Positions 63,003-64,000 of a stretch of 64,000 bases of DNA are shown in pieces. How positions within the stretch are numbered: the stretch's first letter is position 1; every line of letters starts with the position of its first letter. The notes below the pieces were generated by a model that had not been told where the DNA came from, searched no databases, and saw nothing but the letters and a program-made list of their open reading frames with translations. The stretch comes from a virus. Where the stretch lies: positions 115,490-179,489 of IMG/VR virus record IMGVR_UViG_3300036987_000083. One strand, written 5' to 3'. A program made the position numbers and the translations under genes.

Positions 63003-63446
63003 ATGTGCGAGCAGTGCCAAGCAAAGACAACCATGTATTTAGGACCCAGTGGCGAGCCGGTGCTGCCGGGCTACGCATTGGTACGCGCCACCCAAGACGG
63101 GTGGATTATGCAGAAGGGGGACTGGGGGCTGGTTCACAGTAACGATCCAGACTACTGGTGGAAACTCACCCCGGTAGAGGACCCTGACTACGGGCTTACG
63201 CCGGAACAAATCGATGCCAGGGAGGACGGTCCCCAAGACGTCCTGTTTGACGCGGCAGTAGTGAATCTTCGGGAAGCGCTTGACGAGGGTAAGTGCCCGA
63301 GGTTCGACGTGGCTGTACGGCTGTACGAGGCCGCTACCAAAGCAGGGTACTCTGCGAAGGAGCACGGCTCCTTTGCCTACTGGCTTTGCCATCACTTGGC
63401 GGTCTTCCTGAAGACAGCCAAGGAGTACCCAGATACAGATGAGTAG
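63003..63446 (+). CDS. Hypothetical protein
   Basis: AGGGAG SD. Confidence 0.6.
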   Translation: MCEQCQAKTTMYLGPSGEPVLPGYALVRATQDGWIMQKGDWGLVHSNDPDYWWKLTPVEDPDYGLTPEQIDAREDGPQDVLFDAAVVNLREALDEGKCPRFDVAVRLYEAATKAGYSAKEHGSFAYWLCHHLAVFLKTAKEYPDTDE

Positions 63447-63452
63447 GGAACT

Positions 63453-64000
63453 CTATTGCGGGCCGTAAACCATGACGCTGTAGTCAATGGTTAACGCAGT
63501 TAGATCCTGAGCTAAAAATGGCGCGGATCCGCCTAGGGTGTGCGCATAGAGGGTTACAAACGTCGCTGTAGGGCTCCCGTAGGAGTCCACCCCGTAACTA
63601 AACGCTGGTGCCGTAATTCCTTCAAATTTTACGATACGAGTGGCCACGGGAACATTGGACTGCAAGGTTATACCAAACTGCCCACTCGCAAGAGTGAGCG
63701 CAGTGACAGTGTTTGAAACGTTAAACCCTGAAACTATTGAGCCTACGCCTGACTCAAAATGCACTCTTGCCCAAGCCTTTAGAATATTTGTCGGTGTAAC
63801 TGAGTTCGTAAACGCAGTGTCAGAGTTGGGGTTGCCTCCTATGAAAGCCGCATGCCCCGTACTCACCCGTAGGGCGTTCCCAGTGGTGCCGCCAAAAGCA
63901 ACGATACCGTGTCCCGATCCTTTCCCGGTCGCAACCAACCCATTGGTGTCGAAGCCATCAGATCCTGAGAAACTTCCACCAAAAATCCCGCCACCGCTTA
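63453..64000 (-). CDS. Tail fibre/structural protein C-terminus (5' partial)
   Basis: Gly-rich beta repeats, then NILKAWARVHF..SGFNVS motif; frame runs off the window. Confidence 0.6.
   Translation of the reverse strand, partial: SGGGIFGGSFSGSDGFDTNGLVATGKGSGHGIVAFGGTTGNALRVSTGHAAFIGGNPNSDTAFTNSVTPTNILKAWARVHFESGVGSIVSGFNVSNTVTALTLASGQFGITLQSNVPVATRIVKFEGITAPAFSYGVDSYGSPTATFVTLYAHTLGGSAPFLAQDLTALTIDYSVMVYGPQ

Overview
This window is a 64-kb segment of a large, roughly 55-60% GC myovirus-type (jumbo-like) phage genome, almost all on the + strand. (1) 1-13.8 kb is a T4-like morphogenesis module: scaffold, gp23-like major capsid, a frameshifted LAGLIDADG endonuclease, neck proteins, tail sheath and tail tube. 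(2) 14.0-30.5 kb is a very large RNA-gene island with about 46 intact-looking tRNAs covering all 20 amino acids, mostly without encoded CCA. Five HNH nucleases end inside or flush against a tRNA. Several half-tRNA scars sit beside intact tRNAs of the same identity. All four intact serine tRNAs have a non-canonical 8/4 fold with a Sec-like D-arm. The island also holds many unexplained structured RNAs: circularly permuted (YrlA-like) tRNA mimics, a repeated small-RNA family, a two-headed tRNA-like dumbbell, tRNA-ended RNAs with a pseudoknot or giant variable domain, and an RNA that closely copies the 23S rRNA H43-H44 GTPase-centre (L11-binding) domain. (3) 30.6-49.4 kb has accessory enzymes, a second tail/baseplate cluster with a -1 frameshift chaperone, and probable internal virion proteins, one with a zeta-toxin-like kinase domain. 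(4) 49.5-64 kb has RNA-repair and translation-rescue genes (Rnl2-like ligase, HD/kinase, NADAR, phosphoesterases, RtcB) and a PrfH-like release factor that needs an RF2-type CTT-TGA +1 frameshift. The best candidate for a new system is this set of translation-apparatus mimic RNAs, endonuclease-linked tRNA replacement and RNA repair. All calls were made by eye, with no database search or folding program.
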